From positions 1-41,475 of IMG/VR virus record IMGVR_UViG_3300036904_000029: DNA of 41,475 bases, one strand, 5' to 3'. The position numbers and the translations under genes were made by a program. The stretch comes from a virus. Taxonomy: Duplodnaviria; Caudoviricetes. The notes beneath the pieces were generated by a model. The model worked only from the letters and a program-made list of their open reading frames with translations, had not been told where the DNA came from and did no database searches. Below are positions 9,357-17,245 of this stretch, piece by piece (positions within the stretch are counted from its first letter, which is position 1; each line of letters opens with the position of its first letter).

Positions 9357-9881
9357 ATGGCCCGCAAAACATCCCCAACGCAACGGACATTGAAAGAACT
9401 TCGCGACCAAGGCTGCGTTGCCGAAGTTGTGGAACGATGGATCACGATTCCGGGGCATCCCGGCGGCGGCAAGCGAAAGGACTTGTTTGACGTAATAGAC
9501 ATTATCGCCTGCCGCCCGTTACAGGGAAGCATCATCGAAGGTTTGGAATTTGAACTTCTGGCGGTGCAGGCAACAAGCGCCGTGAACCATACGACGCGGC
9601 TAAAGAAAGCGAAGGAAAGCGAAGGGTTGCGCGCATACCTTAAAACCGGCAACAAGTTTGAAGTGTGGAGTTGGGGAAAGAAAAAAATCAAAGGGCAGCG
9701 GCAGCTTTGGCATTGCCGGGCGGAAACGGTAACGCTCGCAGACTTGGACAAGGTTGAGCCGGTCAAGCCGGAACAAATCGACATTCCATTTTCAAGTGTT
9801 GCGAGCATCGAAAAGCCGAAACGGAAGCGCCGGGTAAAAACGCTGGTAATCACAGAAACCGCGCAACCAAGCCTGATATGA
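9357..9881 (+). CDS. PD-(D/E)xK-type nuclease, Holliday-junction-resolvase-like
   Basis: KDLFDVIDIIA...LAVQAT. Confidence 0.6.
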   Translation: MARKTSPTQRTLKELRDQGCVAEVVERWITIPGHPGGGKRKDLFDVIDIIACRPLQGSIIEGLEFELLAVQATSAVNHTTRLKKAKESEGLRAYLKTGNKFEVWSWGKKKIKGQRQLWHCRAETVTLADLDKVEPVKPEQIDIPFSSVASIEKPKRKRRVKTLVITETAQPSLI

Positions 9882-9991
9882 GCAAGGAATTTGTAATTGT
9901 TCTAAACAGCGGAGCGTTCCTGTACGAGAACGACGCGCTCTGCCGCCCCGCCGACAGCGAGGCTGGAGCGCACAAAGGACAATCGAAATGA
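9878..9991 (+). pseudogene. 37-aa ORF running into attC-like site A; possibly a gene truncated by cassette insertion
   Basis: ATGA-coupled to the upstream gene; MSKEFVIVLNSGAFLYEN then reads through the hairpin arm. Confidence 0.35.
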
Positions 9992-10046
9992 ATACGACTA
10001 TCGAACGGACAGCGGGGGCGGGGTTGGCAGCAGCAAATTGTTGTCC
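9925..10046 (-). mobile_element. attC-like recombination site A
   Basis: Minus strand: GGACAAC-aattt-GCTGCTGCC...GGCAGAGC-gcgtc-GTTCTCG; imperfect hairpin with an extra base in the L box; 122 bp. Confidence 0.7.
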
Positions 10047-10059
10047 GAATTACGAATTA

Positions 10060-10123
10060 GAGCCGAGCGTGGCATGGAAGCTGTGCCCGGCGCGGAGCCG
10101 AGCGTGGCATGGAAGCTGTGCCC
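10060..10123 (+). repeat. 29-bp direct repeat x2 (period 35)
   Basis: gagccgagcgtggcatggaagctgtgccc at 10060 and 10095; diverged third copy at about 10610-10637. Confidence 0.9.
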
Positions 10124-10148
10124 TCCGAAAGATTCTTGAAAAAAGATA

Positions 10149-10177
10149 TTGCATTTCAATCGAGGCGACGCGATACT
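10149..10177 (+). promoter_or_regulatory. Cassette-internal sigma70-like promoter
   Basis: TTGCAT-N17-GATACT just before ATG 10187. Confidence 0.5.
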
Positions 10178-10186
10178 CCTCCCGTT

Positions 10187-10402
10187 ATGAATACCAACAA
10201 CATCACCGACACACAGTTCATCATCGAAGACACCAAGGGCGGCTGGTTCCGCGCCAGCGACGAAATGCCGAACACGCACTGGACGCCCAACCGCGCCGAG
10301 GCGCAGACGTATCCGACGCGCGAGGCCGCGCAGGCGGAGATTGCCACGCTCGACCCAAGCGAACAGCGCACTGCCGCCGTCGTCGAATTGGCCAATGCGT
10401 AA
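10187..10402 (+). CDS. Small acidic hypothetical protein (cassette A)
   Basis: GC-rich coding pattern, downstream of promoter. Confidence 0.65.
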   Translation: MNTNNITDTQFIIEDTKGGWFRASDEMPNTHWTPNRAEAQTYPTREAAQAEIATLDPSEQRTAAVVELANA

Positions 10403-10574
10403 GCGGCGCAAGACTCACGGAGGTAAGCGCAGCGGTGCCGGTCGCAAGCCGACCGGCACCGAGCCGTGGCTGGTGCGCGTCAAACCTGAGACGCGCGAGG
10501 CAATCAAGGCCGATGCCGCACGCGCTGGATTCAAGACACCCGGCGCGCTACTCGACGCGCGCTACGGCGAGTAG
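10395..10574 (+). CDS. Small basic DNA-binding protein (GGKRxGAGRK hook plus RHH-like region; cassette A)
   Basis: HGGKRSGAGRKP...VRVKPETREAIKADA. Confidence 0.65.
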   Translation: MRKRRKTHGGKRSGAGRKPTGTEPWLVRVKPETREAIKADAARAGFKTPGALLDARYGE

Positions 10575-10646
10575 TTCCTTGGTCCGCTGGGCGGCGGGGG
10601 CTGGGCGGGGTGCCGTGGAACCGTGTGCCCGGAGCGGCGCTAATTC

Positions 10647-10755
10647 GGGGAACGCGGGAGCTGACGCACCCGCGACCGACGATAAATGAACTCTATGAAA
10701 CCTAAACGGAAAACTGAAAGCGCCAACGCGGGTTGCGTCCGGCGACTTGTTAGCA
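10647..10755 (-). mobile_element. attC-like recombination site B
   Basis: Minus strand: TGCTAAC-aagtc-GCCGGACGC-aacccgcg...cgcgggt-GCGTCAGC-tcccgc-GTTCCCC; 109 bp. Confidence 0.7.
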
Positions 10756-10991
10756 GGCGTCGAGAAAGACAAGCACTCGAAGCACTGGTAGCTCTCGCGC
10801 TCCGCAACGTGCAAGGAATAGTGACGGACGAGGAAATCGAAAACTACATGAGTCAGCCGGTGAAGCTCACGAAAGAGGATGAAGCCGCGCTAAAACGCGC
10901 CCGCCCGAAACTCCTAGCCGCGCTGCGTAGAGAACTGCGACCCGATGCGAAGCGACTCCAAAAGCGGTGGGGCAAGCCTGCTAACGAATAG
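10686..10991 (+). CDS. Hypothetical protein (cassette B)
   Basis: Starts in the loop of site B, stops in the arm of site C. Confidence 0.65.
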   Translation: MNSMKPKRKTESANAGCVRRLVSRRRERQALEALVALALRNVQGIVTDEEIENYMSQPVKLTKEDEAALKRARPKLLAALRRELRPDAKRLQKRWGKPANE

Positions 10992-11070
10992 CTCTGCCAT
11001 GCGCGACACGATGACGTCCGAATTGAAAACCGAGGCGACAACGCGCATTGGCAGCAGCGCATTGTTAGGT
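10979..11070 (-). mobile_element. attC-like recombination site C
   Basis: Minus strand: ACCTAAC-aatgc-GCTGCTGCC-aatgcgcg...cgcgcat-GGCAGAGC-tattc-GTTAGCA; 92 bp; R'' matches RYYYAAC. Confidence 0.8.
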
Positions 11071-11220
11071 GGCGGTCGTGGTCAATCCATCGTCGGAACA
11101 TCGCCGGGAATCTCAACTTGGCAGAAAAAGCTTGCATTGAAAATGAGCAAAGAAAAAGCAGAGCACGAACTAATGGAAATTATGCTGACATACAAACCCG
11201 CTAAAATTCAGCCCGCTTAA
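11011..11220 (+). CDS. Hypothetical protein starting in the loop of site C
   Basis: ATG in the hairpin loop; stop abuts the rep gene. Confidence 0.5.
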   Translation: MTSELKTEATTRIGSSALLGGGRGQSIVGTSPGISTWQKKLALKMSKEKAEHELMEIMLTYKPAKIQPA

Positions 11221-11221
11221 A

Positions 11222-12001
11222 ATGATTCATCGCATCACAAAACGGGACAACCCGTTCGCGCAAATCGACAAGCGGATGTTGGGCGATTACCGCCTTTCAT
11301 GGCGCGCAAAAGGGATACTGTCATACCTTTTAAGTAAGCCGGATAATTGGATCGTGCGAAGCGAGGAAATCCAATCACGGGCAACCGAAGGAAGGGATGC
11401 GATCCGGGCCGCAATGAAGGAACTTGCGAAGTTTGGATACGCCGAATTGGTGAACACAAAAGACGGGCGGGAATGGCTGATTCGCGAGCAGTCAACAAAG
11501 CCATGCCCTGAAAAGCCGTCTTTGCAGAATGACAACCCATGCCCTGAAAAGCCAACGCCTGAAAAGCCAACGCCTGAAAATCGCCCCCTAGTAATAAAGA
11601 GAAACACTAATAAGGATTTAAGTAATAAAGAGCCTTCTCTTTTTGATGATGAAGTTGCGTTGACGCAACCGGGAAAGAAAGCAATTCCATTCACAACACT
11701 CATTCCAGACTCTTTGTTTAGCGAATCATTCGTTTGCGCTTGGGACGATTTCACCGCGAACCGCAAGGAACTAAAAAAGCCGCTCACAACACGAAGCGCG
11801 AAAATGCTACTTCAAACCCTTGCACGGCGCCCGGCACAAGCGGCGGACGCGCTGGCGCTGGCAATCAAAAAAAACTGGCGCGGTTTTGAATGGGAATGGT
11901 TTGACGGAAACGGAACGAACGGCAGCGGATCGAAACCCGGCGCACAAATTCAAATGATGCCTTCCATCGAAGCGCAACGGGCGGCGCAAAAGAAAAAATG
12001 A
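11222..12001 (+). CDS. Phage replication initiator (N-terminal winged HTH)
   Basis: NPFAQID...LSWRAKGILSYLLSKPDNW...EGRDAIRAAMKEL...GY; internal PEKP repeats. Confidence 0.8.
   Translation: MIHRITKRDNPFAQIDKRMLGDYRLSWRAKGILSYLLSKPDNWIVRSEEIQSRATEGRDAIRAAMKELAKFGYAELVNTKDGREWLIREQSTKPCPEKPSLQNDNPCPEKPTPEKPTPENRPLVIKRNTNKDLSNKEPSLFDDEVALTQPGKKAIPFTTLIPDSLFSESFVCAWDDFTANRKELKKPLTTRSAKMLLQTLARRPAQAADALALAIKKNWRGFEWEWFDGNGTNGSGSKPGAQIQMMPSIEAQRAAQKKK
11501..11632 (+). repeat. Probable replication origin: iterons plus AT-rich tract inside the initiator gene
   Basis: CCTGAAAA(GCC) at 11507, 11543, 11558, 11573, followed by agtaataaaga-type AT-rich repeats; same layout as the lambda O-gene origin. 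Confidence 0.7.
11654..11669. repeat. 16-bp palindromic motif, copy 3
   Basis: GTTGCGTTGACGCAAC. Confidence 0.9.
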
Positions 12002-12210
12002 CAATCATTCGATTCACTCTCACCAACCCCGATTTGGATGCGCTTCACAGCTTCGCGCTGGAAAACGGATTCACGATCATAAAAAAACCAGCCGCAAAAT
12101 ACTTCACAATGTTCATCACGTCGGAACTGCCGGCACGCTTGGGAAGCTACAAGGCCGGACTGACAATCAAAAACCAAGACGGGACGCTCGTTCCGCACAT
12201 ATCACGATGA
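11998..12210 (+). CDS. Hypothetical protein
   Basis: ATGA-coupled ORF. Confidence 0.55.
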   Translation: MTIIRFTLTNPDLDALHSFALENGFTIIKKPAAKYFTMFITSELPARLGSYKAGLTIKNQDGTLVPHISR

Positions 12211-12623
12211 AAACAGCAACAGGAAAGCCGCAACGTAAAAATGGACAGTACAAGCGCAAAGAGGAATGCGTGAAACGCGACGAAAGAATCATGCTCGGAT
12301 TGGAGCTTTCGAGGATGCATTTGAAACCCGGCGAAACCAGAACCTTTGGAGAACTGGCTATTTGGTGCGGATGCCACAGGCGGACGTTTGAATACGATCT
12401 GGAAAGGGCGTTAAAAAAAATGCGTCTTGCGCTATTTGGAGAATTCCAAGTGAACCGTGAGCGCGCCGGGAAGCTGAGTTTCGACAGCGCAACGCAAGGC
12501 GTTAAGCAAAAAGCCGGATTCACCCCAACCAGCATTGTTCGCGCGGCAATCAAAGTTTGGGAAAAGAAAAACGGAATATCGGCGCACGGGGAATTTACAA
12601 ACAAACAAAGAAGGGCGGCATGA
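12207..12623 (+). CDS. Sigma70 region-4-like HTH protein
   Basis: RTFGELAIWCGCHRRTFEYDLERALKKMR. Confidence 0.55.
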   Translation: MKTATGKPQRKNGQYKRKEECVKRDERIMLGLELSRMHLKPGETRTFGELAIWCGCHRRTFEYDLERALKKMRLALFGEFQVNRERAGKLSFDSATQGVKQKAGFTPTSIVRAAIKVWEKKNGISAHGEFTNKQRRAA

Positions 12624-13168
12624 AAACAATTAACAACGATTCCATGTTTGGAAAATCCGGGGCGATATTCAGCAAAGGCGAAAAATACAGATACAAACTT
12701 TGGCGGATATGGGACGAAACAAAACCGCTGGCGTGCTTTGTCGGATTGAATCCAAGCACGGCGGACGCGAGCGTAAACGATAGGACAGTCACCCGTTGCG
12801 CCGGATTTGCAGCCGCATGGGGAATGGGAGGGTTTTACATGCTAAACGTGTTTGCGCTTCGCAGCACCGATCCTAAGGAATTGCACAAGTCAAAACTTGA
12901 TCCGATTGGAGCCGATAACATGCGGATCGTGCGCGATACGATTGGAGACAAATCAATCCGCACAATCATTGCCGCATGGGGAATCGAAGCGGACAAGGTT
13001 GGAAACTTGGGACGCGGGGAAGCAATGGCAGGAACGCTGGCAATGAGAAAGCGCCGCAATCAGGAATTGAAATGCCTTGGACTTACCGCAGAAGGAAAAC
13101 CAAAGCACCCACTTTACCTTGCGGCATCAACAAAGCTTGTGGACTTTCTTCCGCTGAAATCGAAATGA
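12620..13168 (+). CDS. DUF1643-family protein
   Basis: YRYxLWRxWD, GLNPSTAD, NVFALRSTDP, IAAWG, PKHPLY motifs. Confidence 0.85.
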   Translation: MKTINNDSMFGKSGAIFSKGEKYRYKLWRIWDETKPLACFVGLNPSTADASVNDRTVTRCAGFAAAWGMGGFYMLNVFALRSTDPKELHKSKLDPIGADNMRIVRDTIGDKSIRTIIAAWGIEADKVGNLGRGEAMAGTLAMRKRRNQELKCLGLTAEGKPKHPLYLAASTKLVDFLPLKSK

Positions 13169-13389
13169 GTTGCGCAAAAATCATTGTCGTAAAAAAGGGG
13201 AAATCTTTCCAGCTTCACACGGAAGCCTATGGACTGTGCGGGAACCGGCTGTTTCACGGCGACACGAAAAAGAACAAATGGCCGTTTGCGCGCGACGATT
13301 GGAACGCTTATAAAACGCGGCAGGCGGCGGACGATGCCTGCAAGAAACTGCAAGCCTATCTTGACCGTGATACGCCAGCCAAACCGTGA
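13165..13389 (+). CDS. Hypothetical protein
   Basis: ATGA-coupled; MSCAKIIVV start. Confidence 0.55.
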   Translation: MSCAKIIVVKKGKSFQLHTEAYGLCGNRLFHGDTKKNKWPFARDDWNAYKTRQAADDACKKLQAYLDRDTPAKP

Positions 13390-13660
13390 AATCATACCGC
13401 ACGATCCGGGAACATTCTTGGTGCGGTCAAGCCGTGGCGGATTTCAGATTGCGGACTTGATCGAAAAAACTTGCAGTTGCGAAGCGTTTAACGACGAAAA
13501 AAACAACCCAAACCAAAAACCATGCAAACACCTATTGAAGCTAATGGCGAAAGCCAGTCCGCAAAAACCACGGAACCAAACATCAAACCCGTCGCTACTG
13601 GCAAGCCTGAAAAGAAAAAAATCCACGCAAAGAAAACCGCAGAGAAAAAACCGAAAGTGA
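13367..13660 (+). CDS. SWIM zinc-finger protein
   Basis: TCSC-x13-CKH; probable GTG start; 3' end overlaps the next ORF. Confidence 0.55.
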   Translation: MIRQPNREIIPHDPGTFLVRSSRGGFQIADLIEKTCSCEAFNDEKNNPNQKPCKHLLKLMAKASPQKPRNQTSNPSLLASLKRKKSTQRKPQRKNRK

Positions 13661-13986
13661 AGAAAGTTGCGTCAACGCAACCGCAAAATCCGCCAACGGA
13701 ACCGCCGCCGGCTGAAAAAGAAACCGCCGAAACCACGGAACCAAAGCCAGAATCACTTCCACCGTCATTGCTTGAATCGCGGACAATCGAAGCGATTACC
13801 GCGATCTTGAAAGGGGAATGGAAAAACCTTCAACCGTTAAAATCGGGAAGTTTCCAAAACTTCCGGTTGAGCGTGACACGGAAAGGAAACGGAATACACG
13901 TCGGGCTTTCATACGACAAGACAACGAATGCGTGGATGCAAACGGAAATCAACGATCCGGCAATGGAACTGAAGTTACAAGGATAA
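13522..13986 (+). CDS. Hypothetical protein with Lys/Pro/Glu-rich N-terminus
   Basis: ORF immediately upstream of the helicase. Confidence 0.6.
   Translation: MQTPIEANGESQSAKTTEPNIKPVATGKPEKKKIHAKKTAEKKPKVKKVASTQPQNPPTEPPPAEKETAETTEPKPESLPPSLLESRTIEAITAILKGEWKNLQPLKSGSFQNFRLSVTRKGNGIHVGLSYDKTTNAWMQTEINDPAMELKLQG
13666..13681. repeat. 16-bp palindromic motif, copy 4
   Basis: GTTGCGTCAACGCAAC. Confidence 0.9.
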
Positions 13987-14004
13987 TATACAAGGGTTAT
14001 CAAC

Positions 14005-15363
14005 ATGGCAGATTACTCCGCAAAATCGGGAAGTTATTTACCGGATGTTCACAGAACGCTACCCCATTCGGAAGATGCGGAAAAAGGCGTTCTCGGATCA
14101 ATGGTTCTTAGCCCGATGGAAATAATCCCAATCGCGCGGGCGCTGCTAAAAAAGGAATCATTCCATATCCCGGCGCACGCGATGATTTTTCAACAGTTGA
14201 AAAACCTGTACGCGCAAAAGAAAAGAATCGACTTCATCACACTTACGGCGGCGATGACAGACGCCGGGCTGATTCAAGCGGTAAACGGGCCGGGATTCAT
14301 CACGGATATGTTTACGTTCGTTCCAACCGCTGCCAACGCGGATTATTACATTGCGATCGTACTCGAAAAAGAAACATGCCGCCGTGCGATCATCGAAGCG
14401 CAAGACTTGATTGCGCACGCATACGACCAACAGGACGACTTGCCGGGGCTGTTAAAAAAGGCGCGCAACATCGCGGCAATCGGAAGCGGAGCGACGGTCA
14501 ACCAAAGCCGCACAGAGGAAGCGATTGCCGGAATCCATGAAAAGATTGCAGCGCGTAAAATCGGCGCGGAGGGCGCAATGGGAATTGTTACCGGCGTTCC
14601 GGCATGGGACATCGCATTGAAAGGAATTTACAGGGGACGGTTTAACGTGCTTGGAGCGCGTCCCAAGGTTGGAAAATCGGCGCTCATCGAACAGGCTATG
14701 GGAACGCAGATTGAACAGGAAATTCCGGTACTTTGTTTCCAGCAGGACATGAGCGTTGACGACATGATAGGGCGCATGGCTTGCCGTGCGTGCGGCATGA
14801 TTTACGATCAATTCATTTCCGGGGACTTGGAACCGGCGGAACTGGACATCATCGGGCGCGCGGCGGACCGGCTTGATCCACGGTTGTTAAGGCTCTACTC
14901 TCATACGACACTGACAGCCGATGAAATGGCCGCAATCATCGAAAGGGAAAAACGCGAAAACGGAATTCAAGTATTTTACTTGGACTTGTTCCAGCGGCTG
15001 AAAGTAAACACACGCGACAAGGTGGAGGGATTGGTTGACGCGGCGAACACGATCCGAAGCGTGATCCAAGAAACCGGCGTCAGCGGCGTTGTGCTTGCGG
15101 AGATACTAAAAGAGGCGGACACAACCAAGCGCCCGCACAGCGGACAGTTCAAATACTGCGACGGACTTTTTTCATCGTGCGACACTTCAATAATGTTGTG
15201 GAGCGACGACGATCCAAAAAAACTTGCGGACATTACCGGGGAACTTCGGCGGCAGCATATCATCTTCACCGTGGATGCAAATCGGGGCGGCGGAGTTGGG
15301 GACAATACAATGTATTTTGACCGTCCGTTGATGACGTTTTTCCGGCACGCATCCGAAGATTAG
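14005..15363 (+). CDS. dnaB: Replicative DNA helicase, DnaB family (divergent)
   Basis: LPHSEDAEKGVLGS N-domain; Walker A GARPKVGKS; YLDLFQ; NRGG. Confidence 0.9.
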   Translation: MADYSAKSGSYLPDVHRTLPHSEDAEKGVLGSMVLSPMEIIPIARALLKKESFHIPAHAMIFQQLKNLYAQKKRIDFITLTAAMTDAGLIQAVNGPGFITDMFTFVPTAANADYYIAIVLEKETCRRAIIEAQDLIAHAYDQQDDLPGLLKKARNIAAIGSGATVNQSRTEEAIAGIHEKIAARKIGAEGAMGIVTGVPAWDIALKGIYRGRFNVLGARPKVGKSALIEQAMGTQIEQEIPVLCFQQDMSVDDMIGRMACRACGMIYDQFISGDLEPAELDIIGRAADRLDPRLLRLYSHTTLTADEMAAIIEREKRENGIQVFYLDLFQRLKVNTRDKVEGLVDAANTIRSVIQETGVSGVVLAEILKEADTTKRPHSGQFKYCDGLFSSCDTSIMLWSDDDPKKLADITGELRRQHIIFTVDANRGGGVGDNTMYFDRPLMTFFRHASED

Positions 15364-15413
15364 TTGCAGGAAAAAGCGTTGCCTGCAATTCAGCAACCGT
15401 GCCAAGCGTTAAA

Positions 15414-15429
15414 GTTTCGTCAACGCAAC
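15414..15429. repeat. 16-bp palindromic motif, copy 5 (intergenic)
   Basis: GTTTCGTCAACGCAAC. Confidence 0.9.
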
Positions 15430-15439
15430 CGGAAATAAA

Positions 15440-15492
15440 GTTACGACAAATCGTAAAATAGTTGTTGCATCCGTTACGATATATCGTAACAT
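15440..15492 (+). promoter_or_regulatory. Promoter with tandem 18-bp operators
   Basis: TTGCAT(15465)-N16-TAACAT; perfect palindrome GTTACGATATATCGTAAC at 15473-15490 and variant GTTACGACAAATCGTAAA at 15440. Confidence 0.75.
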
Positions 15493-15734
15493 CAAAGTGT
15501 CGGGGGGAAATGGGAAGTGAGAGAAAACCCCGGTGCGGCTTGGTTGAAAGCCGGAAAAGGAAAATCGGAAGGAATCCGAAAAACCGTTTGAGAGTTGGGG
15601 AAACAAGCCTTGGCAAAAAGACATTTTCGGGCGGATGACGAATCCGCCCGTTGTGATTTGTCCCGGATCAACCGGGGCGAATGACAGCGGAAAAACCAAT
15701 ATGCAAAAAACACAGTACACGACATAATCCAAAC

Positions 15735-17222
15735 ATGAAAACACTAAACCAATTCAAAGCAGCGCGCCGCGTAAGCGTACCGCTGATTGTATGGAAAACA
15801 CCCGATCCGGCGGCAACAATCGCGCAAGTGGTTGAACTCGCCAACGGAAAGGGCGCACCCGTGGCGCAATGGGATTGCGTTCGCGGAATGAAACCGTTGA
15901 ATGAACAGGCACAGGGAAAAGTCAGCGGAGAAATCGCAATCGGCAACCCGGTTGACGCGCTGATTTACATGGAAAGCTTGGACGAAAAATCCATCCTGTT
16001 TTTCCACAACGCGCACAAGTTCACAGCCGATCCCGGAACGCTGCAAGCGGTCTGGAACCTGCGCGACTCCAACAAGCAGGCGGGAAAAACGCTTGTCCTG
16101 CTTGCACCGTCCATGCCGATTCCGCCGGAACTGGCAAACGATGTTCTGGTATTGGATGAAGCGTTGCCGGATGAAGCGCAGTTGACGGAAATTGTTTTGC
16201 AGCAATTCGAGTCCGCCGAACTTCCCAAACCCGGCGACAAGGAAACTAAGAAAGCCGTGGACGCAATCAGCGGATTGTCCGCTTTCAGCGCGGAACAGGT
16301 TGTGGCAATGAGTTTCGAGGGAAAAACGGGAAGCGTGAAACTCAACCACGGATCATTGTGGGAAAGAAAGCGCCAAGCCGTTGAAGAAACACGCGGATTG
16401 AAAGTTTGGCGCGGCGGCGAAACATTCAATGACATCGGCGGCGTGCAAAACATCAAAGACTTCCTTGCGCTGTTCATCGGCGGACGGAAACCGCCCCATG
16501 CAATCGTTTGGGTTGATGAACTGGAAAAGAGCCTTGCCGGTGCGCAAGGCGACACTTCCGGGACATCACAGGATCAACTTGGAGTGTTCCTAAAGGAAAT
16601 GGAAGATAACGCGGCGGAAGGCGTGCTGTTCGTTGGGCATCCCGGCGGCGCGAAGTCAATGGTTGCAAAAGCAACCGGAAACACGGCGCAAGTCCCAACA
16701 ATCGCAATGGATTTGGGAGCGATGAAGGGAAGCTTGGTTGGCGAAAGCGAAGCCAACATACGGGCCGCGATGAAAGTTGTGAAATCCGTTTCACGCGGGA
16801 GCGCGCTTTACATCGCAACCTGCAACAAAATCGGCGTGATTCCGCCGGAACTGCAACGCCGGTTCACGCTCGGAACTTTCTTTTTTGACCTTCCATCGAA
16901 GGAAGAAAGGGAAACGATTTGGAAGCTTTACACTTCCAAGTTTGAATTGAGCGGCGAAGCGGCGAAGCGCCCGGAGGACGATGAAGGCTGGACGGGAGCG
17001 GACATATTCAACTGCGCAAAACGCGCTTGGATGTTCCGCACGTCATTGGCGGAAGCGGCAAAGTACGCGTCCCCGATCTGCAAAACACGTCCCAAGGAAA
17101 TCGAAGCGTTGCGCGATGTCGCAAACAACGCTTTCATTTCTGCGAGTTATCCGGGACTTTACAAAAAGGGATTCGTCCCGATTGAAAAGCCGGGCAAGCG
17201 TCAAATCAACATGGCAAACTAA
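15735..17222 (+). CDS. Ycf46-like AAA+ ATPase with permuted motif order
   Basis: Degenerate N-terminal AAA domain; FNDIGG, IVWVDELEK (Walker B), GHPGGAKS (Walker A), GSLVGESE, IATCN, PPELQRR, FFDLP. Confidence 0.85.
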   Translation: MKTLNQFKAARRVSVPLIVWKTPDPAATIAQVVELANGKGAPVAQWDCVRGMKPLNEQAQGKVSGEIAIGNPVDALIYMESLDEKSILFFHNAHKFTADPGTLQAVWNLRDSNKQAGKTLVLLAPSMPIPPELANDVLVLDEALPDEAQLTEIVLQQFESAELPKPGDKETKKAVDAISGLSAFSAEQVVAMSFEGKTGSVKLNHGSLWERKRQAVEETRGLKVWRGGETFNDIGGVQNIKDFLALFIGGRKPPHAIVWVDELEKSLAGAQGDTSGTSQDQLGVFLKEMEDNAAEGVLFVGHPGGAKSMVAKATGNTAQVPTIAMDLGAMKGSLVGESEANIRAAMKVVKSVSRGSALYIATCNKIGVIPPELQRRFTLGTFFFDLPSKEERETIWKLYTSKFELSGEAAKRPEDDEGWTGADIFNCAKRAWMFRTSLAEAAKYASPICKTRPKEIEALRDVANNAFISASYPGLYKKGFVPIEKPGKRQINMAN

Positions 17223-17245
17223 ACCCAAACAAACCAAAAAAAACA

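Noticed and set aside
10060-10123. 29-bp repeats as a mini CRISPR array
   Set aside because: Only 6 nt between copies; no spacer-length unique sequence and no cas genes
9988-10689. 233-aa ORF spanning cassette A
   Set aside because: Reads through a hairpin arm, tandem repeats, a promoter and two better-supported small genes in other frames; Arg/Ala-rich shadow composition. Translation from its ATG cannot be excluded
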